A stretch of 64,000 nucleotides of DNA from Nakamurella sp. (GTDB lineage: Bacteria > Actinomycetota > Actinomycetes > Mycobacteriales > Nakamurellaceae): assembly GCA_037720195.1 (NCBI GenBank), contig JBBJML010000019.1, positions 8,693 through 72,692 on the forward strand, read 5' to 3'. Positions within the stretch are counted from its first letter, which is position 1. The number at the start of each line of letters is the position of its first letter. The translations under genes and the position numbers were made by a program. Below the pieces are notes generated by a model that worked only from the letters and a program-made list of their open reading frames with translations, was not told the DNA's origin and did not search any database. Below, piece by piece: positions 30,314-39,263 of the stretch.

Positions 30314-31306
30314 TCAGGCCGGGTCCGGCTCGGTCTCCAGATCGACCGGCGGCTCGGCGCCGTCGCGCTCGTCCCGGTCGGCCCAATCGATCAGCGCGCT
30401 GAGGTCGAACACCGCCTCGTCGATACCGCCGTGCAGATCTCCCAGCTCCGCAAAGCGTTGCGGCACGGTCCGAATGGTGAAATCGCGCGGGTCGGCATCG
30501 TCGATCTCGTCCCACCGGATGGGGGTGGACACCCGGGCATCCGGAACCCCGCGAACCGAGTAGGCGGCGGCGATCGTGTGGTCGCGGGCGTTCTGGTTGT
30601 AGTCGACGAACAGCGCCGCCGGATCACGGTCCTTGCGCCACCAGGTGGTGGTCACGTCGTCCGGGGCTCGTCGCTCCACCTCCCGGGCGAACGCCAGCGC
30701 GGCACGGCGGACCTCCTGGTGACCGAACTCGGGGTGGATCCGGACGTAGATGTGCATGCCGGAACCGCCGCTGGTCTTGGGGAACCCGACGGCCCCGAGT
30801 TCGTCGAGCACTTCGTGCGCGACGTGCGCCACCCGCCGCACCTGCGCGTAGCTGGACTCCGGGCCGGGATCGAGATCGATCCGCCACTCGTCGGGCTTCT
30901 CCACGTCCGCACGCCGGGAGTTCCAGGGGTGGAACTCGACCGTCGACATCTGCGCGCACCACAGCACGTCGGCGACCTTGGTGACGCAGACCTCGTCCGC
31001 AGTTCGCTTGTACCGGGGGAAGAAGACCTGCACCGTTTCCAACCACGGCGGTGCTCCGTGCGGAATGCGCTTCTGGTGCACCTTGTCTCCGGCCAGGCCG
31101 GTCGGGAAGCGGTGCAGCATGCACGGGCGATCGCGCAGGGCGTTGACGATGCCGGGGCCGACGGCGAGGTAGTACTCGGCCAGCTCGCGCTTGGTGGCGC
31201 CGATCTCCGGGAAATAGATCCGATCCGGATTGCTGATGCGCACAGCCAAGCCGTCGGACTCGAGCTCGATCGCCGGGGAGCTGCCAGAAGGGGCCACGGG
31301 CGTCAC
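30314..31306 (-). CDS. Stand-alone LigD polymerase/primase domain protein (NHEJ PolDom)
   Basis: ISNPDRIYFPEIGATKRELAEYYLAV, VEFHPW, RIDLDP, KTSGGSGMHIYVRI and VDYNQNARDHTIAAAYSVR are archaeo-eukaryotic-primase-type LigD Pol motifs. No ligase or phosphoesterase domain is present. Confidence 0.9.
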   Translation of the reverse strand: MTPVAPSGSSPAIELESDGLAVRISNPDRIYFPEIGATKRELAEYYLAVGPGIVNALRDRPCMLHRFPTGLAGDKVHQKRIPHGAPPWLETVQVFFPRYKRTADEVCVTKVADVLWCAQMSTVEFHPWNSRRADVEKPDEWRIDLDPGPESSYAQVRRVAHVAHEVLDELGAVGFPKTSGGSGMHIYVRIHPEFGHQEVRRAALAFAREVERRAPDDVTTTWWRKDRDPAALFVDYNQNARDHTIAAAYSVRGVPDARVSTPIRWDEIDDADPRDFTIRTVPQRFAELGDLHGGIDEAVFDLSALIDWADRDERDGAEPPVDLETEPDPA

Positions 31307-31343
31307 CGTACCCAGATGCCCGTCGCGTCAGCCAGCATCGGTC

Positions 31344-32561
31344 TCAATCGTCCGGCAGGGTCGGCATCGAGTAGCCGGTGTTGCGACCCACCAGCACGCC
31401 GCGCCGGACGGCGTCGGTGCCGAACTTGCTGCGGATCGCATCGACGGCGGAATCGATGGCCGGGCCGGTGTTGTCGTCGAAGGGCAGCGTCGGTTGCTCG
31501 TCGTCCTCGATGTTGGTGACGGCGATCCCGACCAACGTGATGCCGCGATCGACGATCAGCGGGCGCGCCGCTACGATCAGGCCGCGGGCAGTTGCCAGGA
31601 TCTCGTCGGTGGAATCGGTTGCGCTGCTGAGGGTCCTGGAGCGGGTGGCCTTGTCGAAGTCGGCGAAGCGCAGGCGCAGCACCACCGTTCGCCCGGCCCG
31701 CTCAGCCTTGCGCATCCGGCCGGTGACGCGTTCCACGAGCGCGATCAGGGTGGCGTCGATCTCGCCGACAGTGTGGACGCCGCGCCCCAGGGCCCGCTGG
31801 GCGCCGATGGAGCGCCGGCGCCTGCCGACCGTCACCCGGCGCGGGTCCCGCAGATTCGCCAGGTCCAGGAGATGGCGCCCTCCGTGGGGACCGAGCAGTG
31901 ACGTCAGTGTCGGCAGGTCGGTGACCGCGAGTTGGGCGACGGTGTCGATGCCGACGGCATGCAGCTTGGCGGACGTCACCTTCCCGACACCCCAGAGGCG
32001 TTCCACCGGAAGTGGGTGCAGGAAGGCGCGTTCGCCGTCGACAGGGACCACGAGCAGGCCGTCGGGTTTGGCCGCGGCAGAGGCGACCTTGGCCAGGAAC
32101 TTGGTCCGTGCGACCCCGACCGTGATCGGCAGCCCGACTTCGTCCGCCACGCGGCGGCGCAGCCGCTCGGCGATCCACGGGGCCGAGCCCACACTGCGAC
32201 GCAGTCCGCGGACATCCAGGAAGGCTTCGTCGATCGAGATGCCCTCGACCAGCGGGGTGGTGTCGCGGAAGATGTCGAACACCTTGCGGCTCGCCTCGGA
32301 ATACTCGGCGAACCGGCCGGGGACGACGATCAGACCCGGGCACATCGCCCGCGCCTGGGCGCCCCCCATCGGCGTGCGGATGCCGAAGGCCTTCGCCTCG
32401 TAGCTGGCGGCCACGATGATGCCGCCACCGACCGCAACCGGCCGACCGCGCAGTTTCGGATCGTCCCGCTGCTCGACGGAGGAGAAGAACGAGTCGAGGT
32501 CGGCATGCAGGATCCCGGGCGGTTCCTCGAAACCTTCGGTAGCAGAAGCTGACACGAACAC
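31344..32561 (-). CDS. dinB: DNA polymerase IV (Y-family translesion polymerase)
   Basis: ILHADLDSFFSSVEQRDDP, SYEAKAFGI, SIDEAFLDV and the little-finger region are present. Length is 405 aa. Confidence 0.93.
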   Translation of the reverse strand: MFVSASATEGFEEPPGILHADLDSFFSSVEQRDDPKLRGRPVAVGGGIIVAASYEAKAFGIRTPMGGAQARAMCPGLIVVPGRFAEYSEASRKVFDIFRDTTPLVEGISIDEAFLDVRGLRRSVGSAPWIAERLRRRVADEVGLPITVGVARTKFLAKVASAAAKPDGLLVVPVDGERAFLHPLPVERLWGVGKVTSAKLHAVGIDTVAQLAVTDLPTLTSLLGPHGGRHLLDLANLRDPRRVTVGRRRRSIGAQRALGRGVHTVGEIDATLIALVERVTGRMRKAERAGRTVVLRLRFADFDKATRSRTLSSATDSTDEILATARGLIVAARPLIVDRGITLVGIAVTNIEDDEQPTLPFDDNTGPAIDSAVDAIRSKFGTDAVRRGVLVGRNTGYSMPTLPDD

Positions 32562-32660
32562 ATGTTCGCATCCGGCCCCGACAACGGGGAAGAGGTGGTG
32601 GTGCGCAACGGCCCCGAACCTCGCAGGAGGTCCGGGGCCGCTGGGGTGAGCGGATGAGCG

Positions 32661-33800
32661 TCAGGCGGTCAGTGCTTCCGCCGGACTCACGGCCGCGATG
32701 CTGTGCGCCTCGCCGACGGCGAGGTTGGTCAGGGTGCCCCGGTGCGAGTGCAGCCCGGCGGCCAGCGCCGCGTCCGCGGTCGTCGCGGCCAGCCAGCCGT
32801 GGCTCGCCACGGCGGTGACGTACGGCAGGGTGGCATTGGTGAGCGCGAACGTCGAGGTCCGGGCCACCGCTCCCGGCATGTTCGCCACGCAGTAGAAGAC
32901 CGAGTTGTGCACGGTGAAGGTCGGCTCCGCGTGGGTGGTCGGTCTGGTGTCCTCGAAGCAACCGCCCTGGTCGACCGCGATGTCCACCAGCACCGATCCG
33001 GGCTTCATCTGCGAGACCAGATCGTTGGACACCAGCTTCGGAGCCTTGGCGCCAGGCACCAGGACGGCGCCGATCACCAGGTCGGCGGTGCGTAGTTCTT
33101 CGGCGATCGAGAACGCGGTGGAGGCGAGCGTCCGGACGGCGCCGCCGAACTGGACGTCCAGCCGCCGCAGGGTCGGGATCGAGAGGTCGAGAATGCTCAC
33201 CTCGGCGCGCATGCCGAGCGCGATCTCGGCCGCGTGCATGCCGGACACTCCACCGCCGAGGACGACGACCTTCGAGTTGGTGACGCCGGGGACACCGCCG
33301 AGCAGCACACCGCGACCGCCCTCGTTGCGCATCAGGTGGTAGGCCCCGACCTGAGGTGCCAGGCGACCGGCGATCTCGCTCATCGGCGCGAGCAGCGGCA
33401 GCGACCGATCGGGCAGCTGCACGGTCTCGTAGGCGATGGAGGTCGTTCCGGACGACAGCAGCACATCGGTCAGCGGGCGGTCGGCCGCCAGATGCAGGTA
33501 GGTGAACAGGGTCAGATTGTCGCGCAGCCGGTGGTACTCGGCGGCGATCGGCTCCTTGACCTTGATCACCAGCTCGGCGTCGGCCCAGACCTGATCGGCT
33601 GCGCGTTCTGCATCGCCCCCACCGTCCACGATCGTCGCGCCCGCGGCTGCGTACTCCTCGTCGGTGATGAGGGAACCCATCCCGGCCCCGGCCTGCACCG
33701 AGACGGCGTGGCCGGCGGCGACGAGGTGGTGGGCACCCGCGGGGGTCAGCGCGACCCGGTACTCATGGTTCTTGATCTCGCTGGGGACGCCGATGCGCAT
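32661..33800 (-). CDS. ald: Alanine dehydrogenase
   Basis: MRIGVPSEIKNHEYRVALTP at the N-terminus, with a Rossmann VVVLGGGVSG. A GAGG-type SD lies upstream of the ATG at 33800. The track ORF extends to 33884. Confidence 0.93.
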   Translation of the reverse strand: MRIGVPSEIKNHEYRVALTPAGAHHLVAAGHAVSVQAGAGMGSLITDEEYAAAGATIVDGGGDAERAADQVWADAELVIKVKEPIAAEYHRLRDNLTLFTYLHLAADRPLTDVLLSSGTTSIAYETVQLPDRSLPLLAPMSEIAGRLAPQVGAYHLMRNEGGRGVLLGGVPGVTNSKVVVLGGGVSGMHAAEIALGMRAEVSILDLSIPTLRRLDVQFGGAVRTLASTAFSIAEELRTADLVIGAVLVPGAKAPKLVSNDLVSQMKPGSVLVDIAVDQGGCFEDTRPTTHAEPTFTVHNSVFYCVANMPGAVARTSTFALTNATLPYVTAVASHGWLAATTADAALAAGLHSHRGTLTNLAVGEAHSIAAVSPAEALTA

Positions 33801-33963
33801 GGGAGTTCCTCGGATCTCGACAGTGACTGGCGGCCGCTCGGCTGCAGTGGTCCGCAGATCGGCTGAATCGGCGGAGCGGTTCACGAGCGGCGGATGATTG
33901 AAGTATGAATATGACGCCGATCGACCGCCAGATGAACAGCCGAAGATTCGCTAGAATCGAAGT

Positions 33964-34524
33964 GTGTCAGTGGAAAGTTCGAAATCGCAGCTGGGCGGTG
34001 CGGGGCGATCGAAGGTTGTTCGGGCGGGCGCGGCGCTGCTGGCCGATCGCCCTGATGCGCGCACGCCCGCGCGCTCGGACGTCGTCGACCGGGACATCCA
34101 CCGGCTGCTCGCCGCCGACGGCCGGATCGCCAACAATGCGCTCGCGGAACGGGTCGGGATAGCAGCCTCGACCTGCCTCGCACGGGTGCGCGCCCTCCGC
34201 GAGAGCGGGGCGATCCGCGGGATCCATGCCGATGTCGATCCGGCGGCGCTGGGGCTCCCGCTGCAGGCGATGATCGCGGTGCGGGTGCAGTCGGGCTCGC
34301 GCAGCCACATGATGGCCTTCGCCGACCACATCCGGAGACGGCCCGAGGTGCGCAACGTCTACTTCCTGGCCGGCGCCGATGACTTCCTGGTGCACGTGAC
34401 CGCCGCCGACAGTGCCGCGCTGCGGGAGTTCGTGGTGGACGAGCTCTCCGCACGTCCCGAGGTGGCGCTCACCGAGACCAACCTGATCTTCGAGCACCTC
34501 CGCGGCGCGGGCCTGCCCGGCTGA
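33964..34524 (+). CDS. Lrp/AsnC-family transcriptional regulator (AldR-like)
   Basis: The HTH is DRDIHRLLAADGRIANNALAERVGIAASTCLARVRALRESGAI, with a C-terminal RAM/AsnC_trans_reg domain. It is divergent from ald, as in mycobacteria. Confidence 0.88.
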   Translation: MSVESSKSQLGGAGRSKVVRAGAALLADRPDARTPARSDVVDRDIHRLLAADGRIANNALAERVGIAASTCLARVRALRESGAIRGIHADVDPAALGLPLQAMIAVRVQSGSRSHMMAFADHIRRRPEVRNVYFLAGADDFLVHVTAADSAALREFVVDELSARPEVALTETNLIFEHLRGAGLPG

Positions 34525-34544
34525 CGGTGGTCGTCCGAGGGCGC

Positions 34545-34728
34545 GGTGACGAGTAGATGGACGTCGATCGCTGTTTCCGCAGGAGCACCTGCCGGAATGC
34601 TCGTCGAGGGCCATGTTCTCGTCACGCGACGGCGAGGCCCGGCGGCGGGTGACGGAATGCAGCCGCCGGCAGGGGTTTCCGCCGGTGCTCCTGCGAGTTT
34701 GCTCGACGAGCGGCCGTTCCGCGTCAGC
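34545..34728 (+). repeat. Copy A of a ~185-bp direct repeat bracketing the hydrolase gene
   Basis: It aligns by eye at roughly 80% identity with 35521-35708. The shared blocks are ATGGACGTCGATCGCTGTTTCCGCAGGAGCACC, GTTCTCGTCAC, ACGGCGAGGCCCGG, GGGTGACGGAA and GTTTGCTCG. Confidence 0.8.
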
Positions 34729-35468
34729 CGGGGGCAGGCGAGCAGTGCCCGGTCACTGCGCCGGCCCAGGCGCAGGCGTCTGCCACGGTCCGCGCCCACA
34801 CCTGCGGATGCGTCGACCAGAAGTCATGACCCACGCCCGGGACGATCGAGAACGACCCGTTCGGGACCAGCGCCGCGAGCTGCTCCAGCGGCCACGACGG
34901 GCGGATGTCCTGCTCGGCAGCGATGAACTGCATCGGCACCGGGCAGTCGGCGAGTCGGCGCCACAGATCGGGACGATGGATCCACTCGGAGAACGACGCG
35001 GACAGCGAGGCGTGAACTGCGGGTTCCCAGGCGATCTCGACCGCAGGTTCGGTGGCTCTGCCTGCTTCGTAGGCCTCGGACCAGGAGCGATCGCGTTGGT
35101 ATCCGCGGCCCGCGATGCCGACGACGGCCCGCACCGCCTGCGGATGCTCCACCGCGTACCTCACCGCCAGGTCGCTGCCCCACGAATGGCCGATGACGAT
35201 CCACTGCTGGACGCCGGCGTCGTCGCGGATGCTCTCGAGGTCCGTCAGCGCCTGCTCCATCGTGTGTGCACCTCCGCCCGATCTGCCGACGCCGCGTGGC
35301 TCGGGATACCAGGAGCGATTGTCCGGCGGAGCCAGCTCGTCCAGCTCGAGGTACTGGACGCACCCGGGACCGCCGGTCAGGACGGGGACGTCCGGGCCCT
35401 GACCACGTACGCCGACGTGCAGCGAAACGTCCCCCACCCGAACGGTGCGTGATTCCACGCTGCGGACG
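34724..35468 (-). CDS. Alpha/beta hydrolase (start uncertain)
   Basis: It has the nucleophile elbow GHSWG and an HG-type oxyanion region (VPVLTGGPG). GTG at 35468 was chosen because the longer ORF (to 35563) runs into repeat copy B. Confidence 0.8.
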
Positions 35469-35520
35469 CTACCTGGGGCCGGAGTGGGAGCGGCCCGACA
35501 TGGCTGTGATGATCCCGAAG

Positions 35521-35708
35521 GTGACCAGGAAATGGACGTCGATCGCTGTTTCCGCAGGAGCACCCGCCGATTCGCGCGTCGAGGGGCACGTTCTCGTCAC
35601 CACACGGCGAGGCCCGGGGCCGCGGGTGACGGAAAGTGGCCGCTCGTGCGACGTTTTCGCAGGTGCACCTGCGGGTTTGCTCGGCGGGCGGCAGTTCTGC
35701 GTCAGTGC
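35521..35708 (+). repeat. Copy B of the ~185-bp direct repeat
   Basis: See copy A. It contains a perfect 16-bp palindrome, CGCAGGTGCACCTGCG. Confidence 0.8.
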
Positions 35709-35720
35709 TGCGCACCGGTC

Positions 35721-35753
35721 GGGGATCTCGACTCCTTCGTCGCTCGATCAGCG
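35721..35753 (+). repeat. Short-form copy of the dispersed intergenic repeat
   Basis: GGGGATCTCGACTCCTTCGTCGCTCGATCAGCG lies immediately after repeat copy B. Confidence 0.75.
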
Positions 35754-35825
35754 GGGGTCGTCGGGTGATCGCCCTGCGGCGGCCGTTCTGCGACAGCCGT
35801 CTGCCATTCGCGCCGCGCCCGTGAG

Positions 35826-37217
35826 CTACCCGCCGAGGACGATGCCGTCCGGGATGGTGGCCGGAGCATCGTCCTCAGTGAGGACCACGTCGCCGCGGGC
35901 GGTGACGTCGGCGCCGAAGGTCCAGTCGCCGCGGACGGTCAGTGAGCGGGCCTGCCGGAGCGACGGTGGACCGGCGGGGAAGCGCTGCTCGAATCCCTTG
36001 ACCAGCTTGAAGAATCGGCTGTCCAGATCGACCAACGGATCGTCGGCGCCGGCAGGCAGGTCGGACACCAGGCGGCCGTGCTCGTCCAGGCGGTAGACGT
36101 CCGAACGCACGAGCAGCAGATCGTTGGTCGTCTTCACCGGCAGGAACCGGCTCCGCGGGACCTGCAGGGCGACGGCGCCGTCGAACACCTCGACCGCGGC
36201 GCCCATCGCCGACTCGATCTGGATCACCGGCGTGGAGGAGGAGTCGCTGGGGTCGACGGTCTTCGCGTTCCGGATCAACGGCAGGCCCAGTACCCCGTCG
36301 CGTTCGGTCAGCGTGTCGGCGAGCACCCGCAGGTCGAACCAGAGGTTGTTGGTGTGGAAGTAGCGATGCCGGGTGATGTCGTCGGCGAGGGTGATCTCCT
36401 CCTTCGGGGTCTGCGCGGTCTCGCGGAGCACCAGCCGCCCGTCCGCCTTGCGCACCACCAGGTATCCGCCCTTGACGTCTGCGGCGGTACGAGTGCAGAC
36501 CTCGGCAGCGTACGGCGCCCCTGATGCGGCGAACCAGCCGGCGATCCGCGGATCCGGTGCTGCACCGAGGTTGTCCGAGTTCGACACGGAGGCATACCGA
36601 AAGCCCTTGTCCAGCAACGCTTCCAGGATGCCAGAGGTGCTCAGCGCTGTGTACAGGTCGCCATGTCCGGGCGGGCACCACTGCATCGACGGATCCGAAG
36701 GCCACTGCACCGGGGTGAGATCGTCCACCCGCAGCTTGGGCTCGCGGTTCTGCAAGAAGTCGGCAGGGAGGCCGTCGATCGCTAGTTCCGGGTACCTGGC
36801 CAACGTACGCAGGGTGTCGTCGCGGGTGCGGAAGGAGTTCATGAACACCAGTGGCAGGGCGACGTCGTGCGACTTCCGCAGGTGCAGCACCTGCCGCACG
36901 ATGACGTCCAGGAAGCTCAGCCCGCCGCGGACCGGCAGCAGCGACTTCGCCTGCTCCATCCCCATCGACGTACCGATACCGCCGTTGAGCTTGATGATCG
37001 CGGTCTGCGCGAGCGCCGAGCGCTGCTCGTCGTCGCCGATCTGCACATCAGCCAGCGCGGTGACGTCCTGCAGTGGGTCGATGTCGGCCTCGTGCACCAT
37101 CCCGGTCGCACCGGACTCCAGATCCCGGTAGAACCGGGAGAACACCGCGATGGCCTGGGGCGGCAGCCCGTCGGCGGCCATCAGTTCCTGGGCCTGACGC
37201 AGTCCCTCGTCGCTCAT
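35826..37217 (-). CDS. UTP--glucose-1-phosphate uridylyltransferase family protein (eukaryotic-type UGPase/UDP-sugar pyrophosphorylase fold)
   Basis: KLNGGIGTSMGMEQAKSLLPV, FMNSFRTRDDT and WCPPGHGDLY are motifs of the PF01704-type UDPGP family. Start at MSDEGL (37217). Confidence 0.85.
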   Translation of the reverse strand: MSDEGLRQAQELMAADGLPPQAIAVFSRFYRDLESGATGMVHEADIDPLQDVTALADVQIGDDEQRSALAQTAIIKLNGGIGTSMGMEQAKSLLPVRGGLSFLDVIVRQVLHLRKSHDVALPLVFMNSFRTRDDTLRTLARYPELAIDGLPADFLQNREPKLRVDDLTPVQWPSDPSMQWCPPGHGDLYTALSTSGILEALLDKGFRYASVSNSDNLGAAPDPRIAGWFAASGAPYAAEVCTRTAADVKGGYLVVRKADGRLVLRETAQTPKEEITLADDITRHRYFHTNNLWFDLRVLADTLTERDGVLGLPLIRNAKTVDPSDSSSTPVIQIESAMGAAVEVFDGAVALQVPRSRFLPVKTTNDLLLVRSDVYRLDEHGRLVSDLPAGADDPLVDLDSRFFKLVKGFEQRFPAGPPSLRQARSLTVRGDWTFGADVTARGDVVLTEDDAPATIPDGIVLGG

Positions 37218-37370
37218 GGCGGCAAGGGTAGGGGACGCCGCGGGTACCCGCCGACACCACCCGGCCGCACCTCGGCGGACCCGGGCCGACCCGCCTCGCC
37301 CCCTCACGCCCCGCTCCGTCACGCCCCCCTCACGGCGTACACCCGGGCCCGCGACGCCCAGGGCAGGGCT

Positions 37371-38435
37371 TCAGCCGCTGGCCAGCCCGATGAGCCGCGC
37401 GGCCTTGAGTTCCGTCTCGGCCCACTCGGCCTGTGGATCGGAGGCCCAGGTGATCCCGGCGCCCGTGCCGAAGGCGATCGTCCCGGCAGACCGGGTGAAG
37501 GTGCGGATACCGACCGCCAGGGCTGCCGTCCCGCGGTCGGCGTCGACGAAACCGAAACACCCGCAGTAGGGACCGCGCGGGGTGGGTTCAAGCCTGCCGA
37601 TCACCTCGAGAGCGCTGATCTTGGGTGCCCCCGACACGGATCCCGGCGGGAACGTCGCCCGCAGGATGTCCTCCCAGCCGAGTCCGGGTCGAAGGCGTGC
37701 CGCGACGGTGGACACCAGGTGGGCCAGGCCCGGATGCTCCTCCCGCGCGAGCAGCGAGGTGACCCGTACCGATCCGGCGACGGCGACCCGGGAGAGGTCG
37801 TTGCGCACCAGGTCGCAGATCATCACGTTCTCCGGGAAGTCCTTGTCGGCGAACGGTTCTCCCGGCGCCGCCGTGCCCTTGACCGGCGCCGAGAGCAGCC
37901 GGTCGCCGTCGCGCCGCAGGAACAGCTCCGGCGATGCGCTCACCACCCAGTCGGCGCCCAGGTCGAGCATCCCCGACCACGGCGCCGGGTTGCCCCGCAG
38001 CAGGCGCGCGCTCAGCCCGGCAGGGTCCGCCCCGGTGTCGTCGGCGGTCAGGATCCTGCAGAGGTTGACCTGGTACACGTTGCCGGCGGCGATCGCGTCC
38101 CGGATGAGTTGCACGCCGGTGCGGTACTCCTGCGCCGAGAGGGACGAACGCCAGGCCGTCCGGTCCGGTCCGCGCCAGCCCGGTGGAGTGGCGGTCGGGT
38201 GGCGCATCGTGCCGACCCGCTCGAACCGGTAGCCGGTGAGTCGTCCTTCGAACGTCCCGACGACGGCCCACCAACCGCCGCCGTCCAGCACCTCGGGTCG
38301 GACCTGCAGATCGACGACCTCGACGAGACCCTCGGCCGCGAGTGGGCCGAAGACGGCTCGTGCCGGGCGGGAGCCACCGACCCGGAGCGCGGGGGAGTCA
38401 GCCACCGGAAGGGGCCTGGTACCGGTTCCGCGCAT
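37371..38435 (-). CDS. Chorismate-binding enzyme, aminodeoxychorismate synthase component I-like (short form)
   Basis: YQVNLCR, SASPELFLRR, KGTAAPG, ENVMICDLVRNDL, FPPGSVSGAPK, RGPYCGCFG and GAGITWASDP motifs are present. Start is at 38435; the upstream part of the 700-aa track ORF is antisense to the pgsA-like gene. Confidence 0.85.
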   Translation of the reverse strand: MRGTGTRPLPVADSPALRVGGSRPARAVFGPLAAEGLVEVVDLQVRPEVLDGGGWWAVVGTFEGRLTGYRFERVGTMRHPTATPPGWRGPDRTAWRSSLSAQEYRTGVQLIRDAIAAGNVYQVNLCRILTADDTGADPAGLSARLLRGNPAPWSGMLDLGADWVVSASPELFLRRDGDRLLSAPVKGTAAPGEPFADKDFPENVMICDLVRNDLSRVAVAGSVRVTSLLAREEHPGLAHLVSTVAARLRPGLGWEDILRATFPPGSVSGAPKISALEVIGRLEPTPRGPYCGCFGFVDADRGTAALAVGIRTFTRSAGTIAFGTGAGITWASDPQAEWAETELKAARLIGLASG

Positions 38436-38546
38436 GGGAGGAATGTACGGCGCGGGCTCTAGACTCACCCCGGGTGACGAGGTCGTGCTCGTCCTGGAAG
38501 TGCGATGCGGCGCGTGAGATGCGTGGGCAGGGAGCGGAGAATCGTC

Positions 38547-39263
38547 ATGACCGAACCGGGGGCGGTCGGCGGGGCCGGGACAGGCGCCGCGACGGGGACC
38601 TCCGAGCAGGACGCCTCGGACCGGATCTGGACGATCCCCAACGCGCTGTCGGTCCTCAGACTCCTGGGCGTGCCGCTGTTCCTGTGGTTGCTGCTCGGAC
38701 CGCAGGAGGACGGCTGGGCGCTCGTCGTGCTCGTGGTCAGCGCGTTCACCGACTGGGCAGACGGCAAGCTCGCCCGGCTGCTCGGCCAGTACTCCAAGCT
38801 CGGCGAGTTGCTGGACCCCGCCGCCGACCGGTTGTACATCTTCGCGACGCTGATCGCCTTCGTCATCCGCGGGATCATCCCCTGGTGGGCCGCTGCGCTG
38901 CTGATCGCGCGTGATGTCGTCCTCGGCCTTGCGATCCCGGTGCTCCGCCGGCACGGCTACCCGCCGCTGCCGGTGCACTACCTGGGCAAGGCGGCCACCT
39001 TCTGCCTGCTGTACGCCTTCCCGCTGCTCCTGCTGGCGCAGGGCGAGGCGCTCGTCCAGCGGATCGCCGAGCCGTTCGGGCTGGCCTTCACCGTCTGGGG
39101 CATGGCCTTGTACCTCTGGGCCGGCGCGTTGTATCTGCAGCAGGTGACCTGGGTGATCCGAAGGACGCCGGTGCGACTGTCGTGGGGGCAGGCACTGCGA
39201 CCCGATTCCTCGATGGTCTCGACCGCGCCGGTGGACAAGCCAGCCCGGAGCGCCGGTGGCTGA
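38547..39263 (+). CDS. CDP-alcohol phosphatidyltransferase (PgsA-like)
   Basis: The motif DWADGKLARLLGQYSKLGELLDPAADR matches DGx2ARx8Gx3Dx3D. It has multiple TM helices and sits at the head of the DUF881-sbp-DUF881-gcvH cluster, like Rv1822. Confidence 0.88.
   Translation: MTEPGAVGGAGTGAATGTSEQDASDRIWTIPNALSVLRLLGVPLFLWLLLGPQEDGWALVVLVVSAFTDWADGKLARLLGQYSKLGELLDPAADRLYIFATLIAFVIRGIIPWWAAALLIARDVVLGLAIPVLRRHGYPPLPVHYLGKAATFCLLYAFPLLLLAQGEALVQRIAEPFGLAFTVWGMALYLWAGALYLQQVTWVIRRTPVRLSWGQALRPDSSMVSTAPVDKPARSAGG

Noticed and set aside
33801-33963. AldR/Lrp operator sites in the ald-lrp divergent region
   Set aside because: An ATTC-GCTA-GAAT inverted repeat and A/T-rich stretches are present. 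I could not match a specific published consensus from memory with confidence, so no site is called.
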